This document shows positions 1 to 13,465 of a DNA stretch of 64,000 nucleotides, piece after piece. Below the pieces are notes generated by a model. The model did not search any database and was not told the DNA's origin. It saw only the letters and a list, made by a program, of their open reading frames with translations. Source of the DNA: the human T2T-CHM13v2.0 reference genome, Homo sapiens; the NCBI RefSeq assembly GCF_009914755.1, contig NC_060925.1, one strand, 5' to 3'. The position numbers and the translations under genes are program-made. The stretch's first letter is position 1. The number at the start of each line of letters is the position of its first letter.

Positions 1-762
1 TGATGCATAGGTCAGGGATCTAAAGGCTCAGGTTCCAGGACTCATGCAGCAACATGAGACCTGGCTAAAATGAAATCCAATGTCTAGGTTTTTATTTTCT
101 CTATTAAAAGGTAGGCGAAACCAGAACCCTATCAACGGAAGTAATTTATGACACAGAAAACTCTAGAAATATTTGAATGAGCCCAGAACACCTTCTTCCT
201 GGAAAGCAGGAATATTATAGCCATAGGTATTGAAACAGATGCACAATGGATCAAAGCACAAGTGAGTGAAATTGTCTACATTATGCATACTTTAGGAGAA
301 AAACATTCTGGGAGTTGAACCTGAGGCTATCGGGCCTAAGAATGAGGACATATGAGAAGAGATAGGGCTGAGAGACAGACAACCCAGGCATCCACAGGTG
401 ATGTTGTGAGTGAAATATCAATATTTCCTCCTGTGCCTCTGTACTCCATAAATCCCTAGCTAATAAGGTGCCTATGACAGAGGTGCTCTTTAATAACTAC
501 TAGGGTGTAATAATTGATGGCATAGCCAGCTGGTTGCTATGATCAGATATAAATTAAATCATCTTTATTGTTTTATGTTTCCTCCAACTCCCTGCCCCCC
601 ACCCAGTCCAACTACCTTTTCAGCCTCTCTTAACCAATCCTGAGAGAAGAATTTTTCTGCATCACTTATCAAATGACAAGAGCTGGAGGGAAAGAGAGAG
701 GAAAGATGATGAGAAACAAGTCCTAAATGATTCTTGGTTCCTTGGGCCAAAGATCAGTCTCT

Positions 763-767
<5 letters not shown>

Positions 768-795
<28 letters not shown>
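768..795 (+). repeat. poly(A) tract, A28
   Basis: Uninterrupted run of 28 A, preceded by CTTCTTT; no adjacent SINE/LINE body recognised. Confidence 0.95.
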
Positions 796-798
<3 letters not shown>

Positions 799-859
799 GG
801 GCAATTACTTCATTCCTGTACTTTCCTGCACCACAGATCTACCAATGGCTAAGCATTTT

Positions 860-1200
860 TCATTTAAGAAGCATGGTTTGAGGGCTTCTGATGGGCCAGG
901 CCCTGTGCTGGACAAGATACACGATGACTAAGACAAGTCATTCTTCTTGAGGTCATTGCCTCAAGAAGTTCACAGTCAGGGTGGAGGTGGGAAAGGCAGA
1001 CAGACACACACAGGCTTGGATGAGGGGTAATAATTGCCACTGTGGAGATATTAATGGAGAACAAATGGGGGTGAGATAAATGCAATCCCAGTGGGGAAAA
1101 ACCAGGGCAGTTCTGTAGAAGCAAATGGAAAAAAAAGCTTCTTTTTAAAGGTAAGAAGCACCCTAAATCCCTTTTTCTTCTGAAAACAAGGACAGTGTCA
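860..1200 (-). mobile_element. L2 LINE 3' fragment (approximate boundaries)
   Basis: Resembles the antisense L2 3' end (catggtttgagggcttctgatgggccaggccctgtgctgg...gcctcaagaagttcacagtc). Confidence 0.55.
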
Positions 1201-1379
1201 AAGAAGATCCGAACTAACTGATTAGGATAAAATGAGGCAGACAAGGCCTGTCCTTAAATACTTCCTCTGCCTCTAACACTCTCTCTGCCCTGAGTCAAAG
1301 GGTCCAGTTAGCAGTTAAGTACCTTAAAGCAATGAAACAATCCAGGGTGGTCTGCCCCAAGCTGCCCCCAAGTCCTTAC

Positions 1380-1511
1380 CTGGTGAACACCTATCTTTCA
1401 TTCAGTCCCATGCCAAATAATTCCTGAGTGCCTGCTAGGTGCCAGGCAATTGGCCTGGAGCTGAGGACAAAGATACGCACAAGTCTCAAACCCTGCCTTT
1501 GAGGTTGCAAC
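1380..1511 (-). other. candidate 132-nt exon (L2-derived)
   Basis: Minus-strand acceptor ctgttttctaattag|G at 1512/1511 and donor CAG|gtaagg at 1380/1379; motif evidence only. Confidence 0.25.
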
Positions 1512-1790
1512 CTAATTAGAAAACAGCCACATGAGCAAGTAAAGGTGACCACTGTGGAAGGGATGTGATTAAGGCCTGGATGCTGGCAACAAACTGCCTG
1601 GATCCAGGATCCTGGCTCTGCCACTTACTAGCTGGATGATCTTGAGCAAGTTACTCTTCCTCTGTGCCTCAGTTCCTCACCTGTATAATGAGGATAGCAA
1701 TAGTACCTACCTTGCAGGGCTATTGGGAAGAGTAAACAGGGCTATCCAAACAGTATTATTAAAGATATTAACAGCACATATTATTAATAC
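1395..1790. mobile_element. L2 fragment (-) followed by MIR (+)
   Basis: L2-like ttcattcag...gagtgcctgctaggtgccagg; MIR core ggctctgccacttactagctggatgatcttgagcaagttactcttcctctgtgcctcagttcctcacctgtataatg. Confidence 0.7.
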
Positions 1791-2071
1791 TATAGTACTA
1801 GTACTTGAACTAGAAACAATGTGCATTGCAGGCACAGAGAAAGGAGCACTATGGCTTGGTGATAAGGAGGCTTCTCAGAGGAGGTGGTATTTAGATTCAC
1901 CAACAAGGAAGTCTTTGCATTCTTTGTCCATAGGCACCTACCCAGGAGCCAGGCACATGTCACTACTGGGATACAATAGTATTGGGATACAATAGAGAAA
2001 AAGACCCAACAAAGAGAGAGGAGAGGTTGGGCTAAGGGTGATTCAGGGATGGCTCATTTAAGCAGGAGATC

Positions 2072-2723
2072 TGTTTCTGAGTAGTTAACATGTGGCAAAA
2101 TTCTCCCTGAAGGCACCAGAAAAGCTTGCTACCTAAATAAATGTTGGCAAGGCAGTCTCCTGCATGCAGTCTTTGCACCTCCAGTAGCCACATAAGAATG
2201 TGTCTTGGACCTGGAACCCTTCCTTACCAGGAGATAAAGAGCTCACACAGCCTGTGCAAGCATTATTACCTTGTATGGGAATAGCTTTCACTGTTTCAAG
2301 CTCAATATATGCTTCTTTGTTCTGTTTACGTCTGTAAGTCAATGGCCCTCAGGCACGCCCCCAGCTTTCAGTACTTCAGAGTACACATGGGAGGGGTACA
2401 TGTCCTGTTAAGATTGTGAGGACTGCTCATGACCCAATTGCCCCGCTTAGGCTGCTAGAGGGATCCACTATCCGTGGGGGACCAACACATACTATTGGAG
2501 CTGATCTTGTTCTTTCTCTTCTCTATGTGATTAAAGCATTGTTCCATCCATGCTTGACTGTATTATGTTTCCTTGGTGACTACATTACCAAGAAGCAGTG
2601 GGTAAAAGGATTTGAACTTCTATTCCTAGTGGCCAACATCATGGTGATCTTTGTTACCTTCCATGTATTAATAGCTGGAGTCCTGACCTAGCGTTGGTAA
2701 TGTACACGGTGTTCTGCTCAACA
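2072..2723 (+). mobile_element. old ERVL-class solo LTR (MER74/LTR53-like)
   Basis: ~650 bp TG...CA block with ATTAAA signal (2530) and ggagataaagag / ttgttccatcca motifs recalled from this group; no clean TSD. Confidence 0.5.
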
Positions 2724-2839
2724 AGAAGCCTTCTTAATCTTGCCTAGAGTGAATTACTACCTAGAAAGCCATCTTTATTTGTACATACACATTTTAACTA
2801 TTTATCTTTATTTAATTATACAGACTTGTGGCTATTTGG

Positions 2840-3015
2840 TTGACTTTGACCTTGGGCAAGTTACTAAACCTCTCAATCTTTCTGTTTTTTAAAAATCTGT
2901 AATATGGGGATAATAACAGTATCTTCTTAAGGTGGTTGAGATTTTAAGAAGTCTATTCTTACAAAATAATTGTCAAAATGACAAAATAATAAGTATTCAA
3001 TAATTGACGGCTACT
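2840..3015 (+). mobile_element. MIR SINE
   Basis: gaccttgggcaagttactaaacctctc...atctgtaatatggggataataacagtatc core. Confidence 0.7.
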
Positions 3016-3115
3016 ATGTTAACATGATGATGGTGATGGTGGTAATGAGGGTAGTAATGGCAAGAATATGGATGCACAAGGCCATAAATGGGTCACAAAA
3101 TGACATTTTACTCAC

Positions 3116-3245
3116 TTTAGCTCTTTCAAGGGTTTTGCATCTCTAACAACTATAATCTTTCCATTCAGTTTAATATTCTCTGAAGGCTGGCAGTGCCTCT
3201 TTTCAAAGAAATGCAGATTGGACTCATTGCTGATTATGTTAAAAC
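3116..3245 (-). other. candidate 130-nt internal exon in unique sequence
   Basis: Acceptor ctgtttctccctcacatttttacccatgtag|G with CTCAC branch-like motif; donor AAA|gtgagt; one frame open across the exon. Confidence 0.4.
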
Positions 3246-4539
3246 CTACATGGGTAAAAATGTGAGGGAGAAACAGACATGTTTGTTCACTTGGAATCCT
3301 TAAAATGTCTGGCTCTGGCTCCCCACTCATGAACTGCAGCGCAGCAGACAAGGGCAAACAGCAAAGTGATCTGGATGTGATCAGGTGGGACCATAAATCA
3401 TGGTGAGGGCTGAAATTGAATCAAACTGGGGCACCTGTGCACGCTATTTCAAAATGCAAGCAACATGGAAAACACAGTCTTGTAAAATAAAACAAGTTGC
3501 TGGCCACTGGGCAACAATTTATTCCTCCCCTCCCTTGGGGCTTGGGCTGCTTCCTGGCTCCCAACATCAATTCAGAGGCTCATGCTGACATTTCACTATA
3601 GATCTTACAATGTACAGAAGTTTTCCTAGCCAACCCCTCCAACAAGAAAAGGCAGTGAATTCCTGTGCAGAAAGGTAATTTAGGGAAAGTAGGTAAAGCT
3701 GAACTGGGAGATGAGTGGGCAGCAGGGGCCAGGGTTGACTCTCTGAATAGGTGACTGCCTAATATTTGGTAATAATTTTCAGGGTTCCAGGACTCTGATA
3801 ATCCTCCCTAATGCTTCTATACCCTATGTCACAAAGCAGAATCCCACCCCAAAAGAGATAACCTCTAGACATATTAATGTGAGCAAATTTATCAGTTCCT
3901 AATTGAGAACCAGTATTGATGGTTCATGGGGCAGGAAGGGAGACAGGTTCACTGTACTGCACTGAATAGTTGAAAGTCAGGAGTGCTGGGAGAGATGCAC
4001 AGCAAGAACAGGGGAGTAGGCAGGCACAGCAGAGGGCAACAGAGCTAGTGGGAACATTTACCTATTCTTAATTTAAGTACGGCTGGCCCTGGCCCAGGCC
4101 CAAAGAAGGCAGAGGATTAGAAGAGAAGGTGGCAGGAAGGGGAAGTAAGGGTGAGGAGAGACATGCAGACTTCCAAGCTGGAATCTGTGTAGAGGTTTTC
4201 TGCCCACTCTTCCCCCTCCCCCATTAAACATATGCAAATGGCAATGGTAATAAACTCAGATAATGATAGAGTCAGCATTTAAACTCACCATAGAATGCAC
4301 AAATTACAGAGGAGGTTGTTACAGATGCAAAGGCTGGATGCTTTATTGCTGGGTGAGAGGGTATTCTGAATTGCAGGTGTTAACTGGATATCTCAGGCCA
4401 GGCAGAGAGTCTGATAGGAGGCTTCCTACAAGACAAAGAGGTCTAAAACCAGGTTTTGCTGCTGATGAACATGAAATTTGTTCTAAGTATATTCAGTGGG
4501 TCTTTGTATCAAAGCAGCTGGGACTTCCCCTTTGTGACA

Positions 4540-5030
4540 CACCCACTCACTCACACCACTATAGCTTCACAGGTCCCCTTGCTGTTCCTGGAAGCTGCCA
4601 GGCACACTCTTCCTCTGCACTGGATGTTTTCTCTGCCTGCATCTTTCTTCCTCTAGACAGGCATGTGTTCACTCTTTCACCTTGTTTGGGTCTTTGTCCA
4701 AAGATCCCTTTCTCAGTGAGGCTTACACTAACTACTCAATTTATAATTAAAATTCTCCATGTCTCCTTACACTTGTTCTTGTTTCTTGTCAGTAGTATTT
4801 GTCATCTTCTAATATACTATATAATTTACACTTTGCTATATACATTACTTATTAGGCTTAATGTTTATTATCTGTCTCTCTTTATTAGAATATAAACTCT
4901 ATGAGAGTAGAGAAATTTTATCTTTTGTGTTTCTCTTCCACACACACATCCAAAGTATCCCAAGTGCCTAGAACAGAGCCTAGTACATAATATTAATAGA
5001 TAGTTATTAATTAAATGTTTGCTGAGCACA
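4540..5030 (+). mobile_element. L2a-like LINE 3' end
   Basis: ccttgctgttcctggaa...ctcagtgaggct...taaactctatgagagtagaga...gtgcctagaacagagcctagtacata. Confidence 0.75.
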
Positions 5031-5433
5031 TGATTAAAAGCAGCCTCCTTAGAAAAAGAACCTTCCTCTCAAGAGAGGTAACTGAAGCTTCCAAGATGAT
5101 TGTAACATCTTGGACTCTCTCCTTTCACAAATCTATAGTTCGTTATTGACTCGGGATGGAATACCTTTATGAATTAGTGCAACACATATAGTTGTGAAGC
5201 ATATCACCTCCCAAATAAAAGGGACCAGAGAAGCCCAGGGGCCTGGGGCAAATACACATTGGTTTGATTTCTCCTGTGCTCACATAAAGACCTACTTAGA
5301 AAGTCATTATGGATTATGATGTTTAGAACTTTGAATGAACTTGCATCCCATCCAATTATCTTATTTTACAAATAAGACATGGAGAGATTAAATGGCTTGC
5401 CCAGGCTTCCACACCCGATTACGGGAGTAGTGA

Positions 5434-5879
<446 letters not shown>

Positions 5880-8590
5880 TTACTTTTTAAGAGCTCTGCC
5901 GGGAATCCATTTTTAATAGCACCAGGGGGAAATCTCTGTTTCAGCACCTCTCCATCGTGGACAGCAGCCAATCCAGCTTATTCTAGCCAGTCTATGCTTT
6001 ACCGAACATTTTATTCCTTTCATTTCTATTTACAGGATTGGCCCATACCATCCTTTGCCTTCAAAAAAGCCTTTTCAGAGGGTTTGATGATCCATGACCA
6101 TTTCTCAGTAACTTGCATGTCTAGCAGTCTAGACAGGTTTCGCAGTTTGCAGACATTATAGTGGAAATGCCCAAAGCAAATTCTGAGAACTATTAATTCT
6201 TGGGAGGCTAATAAACATGTTGCTATTAAATAAACATATACATATATATGTACTTAAATAAGTGTAAATAACTTTCCTCTAGCACCTATTTAAAAGTGCA
6301 TTTTAAGTTTCCAAGAAAAGTGTGTAGTATGTATCATTTCTCAATCTCAATTGACCATGAAGTCTTTTATTGTGCAGCATCTCATAGATCTGATGAGAAT
6401 GTATTTGGGAAATGTTTCTCTACAAGGCCAAAATATCTAAGGGCAGGAGGAAAAGAGTTATGGGTAGCGTTCGAGAAGCAAAGCAGAAGATAAATACAAA
6501 ACACATTGGCAGGCTTGGAGTCAAAGAATAGTGGAGGTGAGGCTATGGCAGAGGCTAAATATAAGGATAAAAATTCACGAGACCTTTCAAAAGAACAGGT
6601 CCCTCTCCTATATCTGTAAAGTAGAACTTCCCCATAAGATGCCCAGCCACTTATTAGCAAGGCCAAAGCCTCTGAAATTCTAAATACGAATCACCAAGCA
6701 GCTGAAATCCACCCCTAAGCCTCTGGTTTTAGTAACTTACTTATTTCCAGAAGAATTGCCTTGCCTACCGTAACAACTCTTGCCCAGAGCTGGAAGAGTC
6801 TGAATAAAACGCATTTAGCTACTATCTGAAGATCTTAAGTCATTAAGCTAAATGCAAAAGGCTTTTGTTAAAAATCACACTCAACTAGATATTGAGGTTT
6901 ATTACACACTTTCTCCAATTTTCCTTCCTCCTTTATGTAATCTCAGCTGGGCTGATTTGCCTGCATTTTTTCCAGTGGAATCTTCTTATTACTCCCAAGA
7001 TGCAACAGAGAATCACCAACCCTGTGCAGAGAGGCACAGGGCTGCATCTGGATTAGAAAAAGGGGGCTATTTATATTCAAATCAAAAGTATATTTTAGCA
7101 TAACACTTGCAGGATTTCTGCAAAGAGAATGAAAGAAAAGAGAATGCAGTTCCTTTTTCATTCTCGTTTACTGTATTATTTGCCCCATACTATGCTTGTC
7201 ACATGGCCTTGAAGCAGTGTGATCTTATAATGATAGGCCCTGTTGGCACAAAGAAGAAGAAATCCAGCTGCACTGGGGGTTTCAGGGGATGTCTTAGACA
7301 GCTGGCCCAGCCCTTCCCCCTGCATGTTTCAGGGATAAGAGTCAGGATGTTGCTAATCTTGCTTGCATATAATTCTTTCCAGTGCTAAACCTGACTCTCG
7401 GTCATGACCATTCAGAATCTCTTGCCTCCCTAACAACCAGAGAGCCAGAAAACCTTGGACAATGCCAAAAGTAAACAAATCTTAGGCCACAGAAGTCTTT
7501 GATTCCATTTCAGTTGGCAGACCCTCCAAGTTTATGCTCAAAATGAGCACACTGTGGCCTTCTAGCCCAGCTGTAAGAAACAGCCAAACAGTGTGCCTCT
7601 TTCTGCAGGCTTAATGAACCCCCATGCCATGTCAGACCAGTGGGAAATGCTTCTATATGAATTCATGAGTCAAACATTTGAAACTTTAAAATAATGAGTA
7701 GGTGGCCCCTTCATAAACCTGAAGGAGGCAGGAAACAGCACAGACTCCCTCTGCACCAGTTTTAGGGAGCATGCAGGTCATCTTAGCTGCTCAAGGGAGA
7801 CCTGCCAAGACAAACTGCCAGGGCACAGCAGAACCACAAGCTAAGTCTTTTGTGCCAAGCTCCACCAGTGTCCTCTGCCATTCTCAGGACAAGCTCCTCA
7901 CTTTCCTGTTTGCACCTGCTAAGTCTCAGTGCCAGGAACAGTAACCCATGCTTATTCAGTCACTGTGTAAAAGCATATAAGGAAATTCCTGGCTGCTGTC
8001 AACTAATCCATTTTCGCCTTCATCTTCCACTCAGCCTGGTGTAAGCAAAGACTACAGGAAGAGTTCTGAATGTCAGAGAAATAGAATCCAATGGCCCTCT
8101 CACCTCAGAACAGCTAGTGGGGTTTCCAGCTCCTCTTCTTCCTTACTTACTAACTTTCAAACCTGGAACCTGTGAAACCCAGTGAAATCTTTCTTTACAT
8201 ACAATTACAGCTAAAATCCACAATTGAGTAATAGTCAGATTATCCTCTCCTAAAATTGTCATGATACACTATTATTGCATGGATAGAGGGATCTCTGCCA
8301 GAGACCCACTGTGCTCTTATTTCAGAACTAGATAGAAAGTGAAAGGAACATCACACTTAATCAAAATCCTTGGATGAGAACATTGCAGGGTTCAAAATCA
8401 TGGCACTAGACCATGTATCAAGTCTCCAGAAGAAATTAAAAAGAACTTTTTGTGCAGGAAAATATAGCAGACATAACATCTGGAAGTTCTAGGTCTTTCA
8501 AAAAGCATCTTGTAACATGTCTCAAGAAGAAGTTAAGATGATGGCATTCTTGCCTTTATATAGAAATGCTGTGGACTGCATAGAAATGCA

Positions 8591-8877
<287 letters not shown>

Positions 8878-9179
8878 TTCTTAATTACTATATTAGAGAA
8901 TCATCTTGCATGCAACAGACAAAAATAAAATAAAATAAAACCTTAAAAAGGCACACACCACTTTATAAAGCCATGTGTCAGAAGGCAACTTCATTCAGTG
9001 GTGCAAAATTAGATGAATATAAAGATAATGGAAGCCTTGATATTCTTAGAATCATGCAGCATAAAACATCTAGTGAGATCTCCTAGTATTTCTGACCACC
9101 ATATGAAAAAAGACATAAATCTTTTCAGTATAAAGACACCCAGATTATGTAAGTTAAGGTAATGCGAGCAGATATTATG

Positions 9180-9600
9180 AACCAATTTCCAAATTTCGGC
9201 AGCCTTACAAAATAAAAGTGTATTTCTCACTTAAACAGCATTCCAATGTAGGTATTCCTGGTAGGTAACTTTCTTTTCTCCATTTGGTGATTGAAAGACC
9301 CAAGTTCCTCCCATCTTGTGGCATTGTTATTCCTCTAGAGCCTTATAACCTTTTTTACTACTCTGGCAAGAGGAAAAATAGAAGACAGAAAAGTCATATC
9401 CCTTCTTAATATCCTAGACCTGGAAATGACATCATTACTTTTGTTTTTATTTCACTGGTGAGAACTAGACGCATGCCCTCCCTAGGTGCAGAGGAACTGG
9501 GAAGTATAATCTGGATGTGGAGCTCCTTTACAGTGACAACTCAACGATATGGAAGGACAAGCATAAATTTTCATTTAAAGTTTCCCATCTCTGCCGTAAA
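9180..9600 (-). mobile_element. old MaLR LTR (MLT1J/K/L-like)
   Basis: tatttctcactt...cccatcttgtggc...ttcactggtgagaactag...gaggaactgggaagtataatc motifs. Confidence 0.55.
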
Positions 9601-9725
9601 GATATATAGCAAAGCAAACCAGGATGATCTGACTTAACCAGGCTTTAATAGTAGTCAACATGCTGTCAACTACTTTGTGTAGTTAGTGAAGGAGAGAGAG
9701 GTAACACCAAGCAAGAGGTGAAACA

Positions 9726-9728
<3 letters not shown>

Positions 9729-9799
<71 letters not shown>
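9729..9799. repeat. perfect (AT)35 microsatellite
   Basis: 71 nt of pure alternating A/T at the tail position of the adjacent AluJ. Confidence 0.98.
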
Positions 9800-9800
<1 letters not shown>

Positions 9801-9802
<2 letters not shown>

Positions 9803-10096
9803 TGTTTTGAGACAAGGTCTCACTTTGTTGCCCAGGTTGGAGTGCAGTGGCACAAACACAGCTCACTATAGCCTTAAACTCCTGGACTCAAGTGATCCTC
9901 CCACTTCAGCCTCCTTAGTAGTTGGGTTGATAGGCACACACCACCAGGTCTGGCTGATTTTTTAAAAATTTTTTTGTAGTTATGGGAGGTCTCACTGTGT
10001 TTCCCAGGCTGGTCTCCAACTCTTGGCCTCAAGCAATCCTCCCGCCTTGGCCTCTCAAAGCACTATAATTGCAATCGTGAGACACCGTGCCTGGCC
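9801..10096 (-). mobile_element. AluJ
   Basis: Diverged dimer with J-type gctcactatagccttaaactcctggactcaagtgatcctcccac. Confidence 0.9.
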
Positions 10097-10139
10097 TAAA
10101 ACAGGTATTAAGATAAAAAATATTTTTAAAAAAGTGTTT

Positions 10140-10495
<356 letters not shown>

Positions 10496-11517
10496 TCATT
10501 TTTAAATTTTAACCTATTAAAACATGATAAGGGGATTTCCATGTAAAGCCAGCAATGTAAGGGCATTTTTACTCCTTGAGCCTCCCAAACTCACAAAAAC
10601 AATTTTTTAAAAGAACTTTTTAAAACTCTCATCATCTGTGAAATAAGCAAACAACTATAAACAATCAAGCATATATGCCAAATAATGAAAAGCCTGGACT
10701 AAGATGAAGGAGGATTATAGAAGCTGCCATAGCCCCTCAGTTCTTAAATAAGATTCTTAAAAAGCAATTATCTAGGAAAGGCTGGTTAATGAATCATTGG
10801 TTTAAAATGTTTGGGAGAAGCAGATAAATACAATAGTACTCAGGGGAGAGGAAATTTAAGAAGAAACAATGCTGACACCCCATTTTTATTGTCTCTGACA
10901 TAATCCCCAGCCAAGGAAGATCACTAGAGGTGAAACAGGATGAAGAAGATATTGTAATCACTAGATCACAATGTAGAAATCCTGTAATTTCTGATTCCTT
11001 ACTCTAAGCTGAACCAACATCTAAAAAAACAAAAATTATGGGAAGTTACAACTCCCAGAGCAAATGAAAGAACTGAGTAAAAGAATATCAATAAAAGCAC
11101 GTGAAGATTATATTTTACATTCAAAGAAGAATTATCAAAAGAGGAGAAATGTTATTTTAAATAAATAATTCTCCTTAGCCTCAAAAACTTATGAACAACT
11201 GATCTCCCTCTTGATAAAAAGATACTTAATATTCAAAGGAGAAATGCAAAATTTCAAAAAAATATTGTAAAACAATGAAAGCAAACACAAAATGTTCTAG
11301 GGGGAAAAAAAGATCTTTAGTTCAGGTTTGATAAAACTCCCAGAAAATGTGTTCCAATAAATATAAGTTTACAATGAAAGTCACAAAAGTCAGAGGTAAA
11401 AAGCCACCATTAATGAAAGTCAACTAAAAGCCACAGTGACAACAAGAAAACAGACTCCAGATATTGGAAGTATCAGATACAGGATGAATAACTATTTTTG
11501 GTATGTATAAAGAACTA

Positions 11518-12234
11518 GAATGAGTTGGGGAAGAGTCACTCTTCCTCAATTTTTTGGAGTACTTTCAGTAGGAATGCTACTAGTTCCTCATATATCTGGT
11601 AGAATTTAGCTCTTAATCCATCTGGTCCTGATCTTTGTTTGGTTGGTAAGTTTTTATCACTGATTTGATTTTGGAGTTTGTTATTGGTCTGTTCAGGGAT
11701 TCAATTTCTTATTGGTTCAGTCTTGGGAGGGTGTGTGTGAAGAACTTACCCATTTCTTCTAGATTTTGTAGTTTGTGTACATAGAGGGCAAATCAACCTA
11801 AATGCCCATCAACAGTAGACGGGATAAAGAAAACGTGGTACATATACAACATGGAATACTATGCAGCCATAAAAAAGAATGAGATCAGGTCCTTTGCAGG
11901 GACACAGATGGAGCTGAAGGCCATTATCCTTAGCAAACTAACACAGGAACAGAAAATCAGCATTGCGTGTTGTCACTTATAAATGGAAGCTAAATAATGA
12001 GAACACATGGCAACAAAGAAGGGAACAACACACGCTGGCATCTACTTGAGGGTGGAGGATTGAGAGGAGGAAGAGAACCAGAAAAAAATATCTATTGGAT
12101 ACTAGGCTTTGTACCTGAATGACTAAATAATCTATACACAAAACCCCCATGATATGAGTTTAACTACATAACAAACCTGCACATGTAACCCTGAACTTAA
12201 GATAAAAGTTAAAAAAAGAGAACCAATTTAAAAA
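11518..12234 (+). mobile_element. 5'-inverted, truncated L1PA15/16-like insertion
   Basis: 11518-11787 is antisense ORF2 (aligns to 43902-44178 of the L1PA2 here); 11790-12210 is a sense ORF2 end + 3' UTR; degraded TSD AAAGAACTAGA / AAGGAATTAGA. Confidence 0.85.
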
Positions 12235-12406
12235 GGAATTAGAGAAAATAATTTTGAAAATAATTAAGGAGCAATGGACTATCAAAAATGACCAGATATA
12301 CTATCACAATAGTTGTTGAGAAATTTTTTTAAATGACCAGATTTGAAAAATGACCAAATATAACTTCTTGAAGTTAACAATAAAATAACTGAAAAGTTCA
12401 ATAGAA

Positions 12407-12574
12407 GTGACTGAAAAGAGGCACCAGGAAATTTTCTGGGGTGACGGTAATGTTCTCTATTTTGTTCTGGGTAGTTGTTACTGACTATATTCAATTGCTA
12501 AAACTCATCAAACTAAGTACAAAAGAACGGCTCACTTTAGTATATGTTAATTATACCTCTGTATTTTTAGAAAA
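12407..12574 (+). mobile_element. short old L1 (L1MD/ME-like) 3' end
   Basis: ttctggggtgacggtaatgttctctat...aaaactcatcaaact...ttatacctc; flanked by GAAAAGTTCAATAGAA / GAAAAGCTCAATAGAA. Confidence 0.75.
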
Positions 12575-13026
12575 GAAAAGCTCAATAGAAAAAAAAAAGT
12601 CCAAAAGAGAATTAGAGAATAATAAAAGTGTAGAATGTTACTTAAAGATATTTAAAATTAGAAAATATAAAAGAGAAATTAAGAAACAAGAGTTTGGAGT
12701 CAGATGTAACATAAATTTATCAGAGTTCAAGAATGCCATTGATACCAGAAAGTAAAAAATAATATTCAAAAGCTAATGAGTAACAATTGTCCAGAACTGC
12801 TGAAAAACATCAAACCTCATTTTTCCAACAAATCTAAAATTCATCACAGTAAAACTACAGTACACCACAGATAAATTGAAGACCTCAAAAGCAATCAGAG
12901 ATTAGACAGATTACCAGCATAGTCATCACAATTAAATTGGTAGCTAACATCTCAACAGCAGCAGTGAAGCTGGAAGACAATCTAATATTGTAGTCACTCC
13001 TAAGTAATGACAAAAAACAATAAGTA

Positions 13027-13465
13027 CAGTAAAACCCCAGGCAACATCACACTTCTTCAGAAAGTAAATATTTATGTAAATACAACTGGAGATAGGCTTC
13101 TCCTCTGGTTCAAGTTCTTATCACGTGGTAAAGAGGTGGGGGGAGTAGGAAAAAGGTGAATCTCAATCTCCCCAGCTAACTAGAAGATCCTTACAAACAC
13201 TGTTACTCTCTTGGAAGTCTCAGCCAGCTGGGGGACCCAGAATTGTCTCCATCAATATTTAAGCTGAATTACAGAATGGCCACCCCCCAGATTGTTACTG
13301 TTACTGATGTCTAGACAGATTTGGGTCACATGACTAAGGCTCAGGAACTCTCAGCCAGCTAGGCTCAACCAAATCTTTTCATTCATCATAAAATAAAGTG
13401 ACCCTGCATTTTATAAAAATGAATGTTTGGGGTCATGCTTATTGCACTCTGTTGGAGTTTTACTG
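13027..13465. mobile_element. non-autonomous Tc1/mariner (Tigger/pogo-like) DNA transposon
   Basis: Terminal inverted repeats CAGTAAAACCCCA / TGGAGTTTTACTG with TA on both sides; interrupts L1 sequence. Confidence 0.65.

Noticed and set aside
4232-4239. Octamer ATGCAAAT (also 53404-53411)
   Set aside because: A few copies are expected by chance in 64 kb of AT-rich DNA; no supporting context
4263-4895. 210-aa ORF
   Set aside because: 3' half lies in an L2 relic with low-complexity hydrophobic translation; no recognisable domain
12281-12362. Repeated AAATGACCA(G/A)AT units
   Set aside because: Irregular spacing within decayed L1 ORF1-like sequence; not a CRISPR-like array
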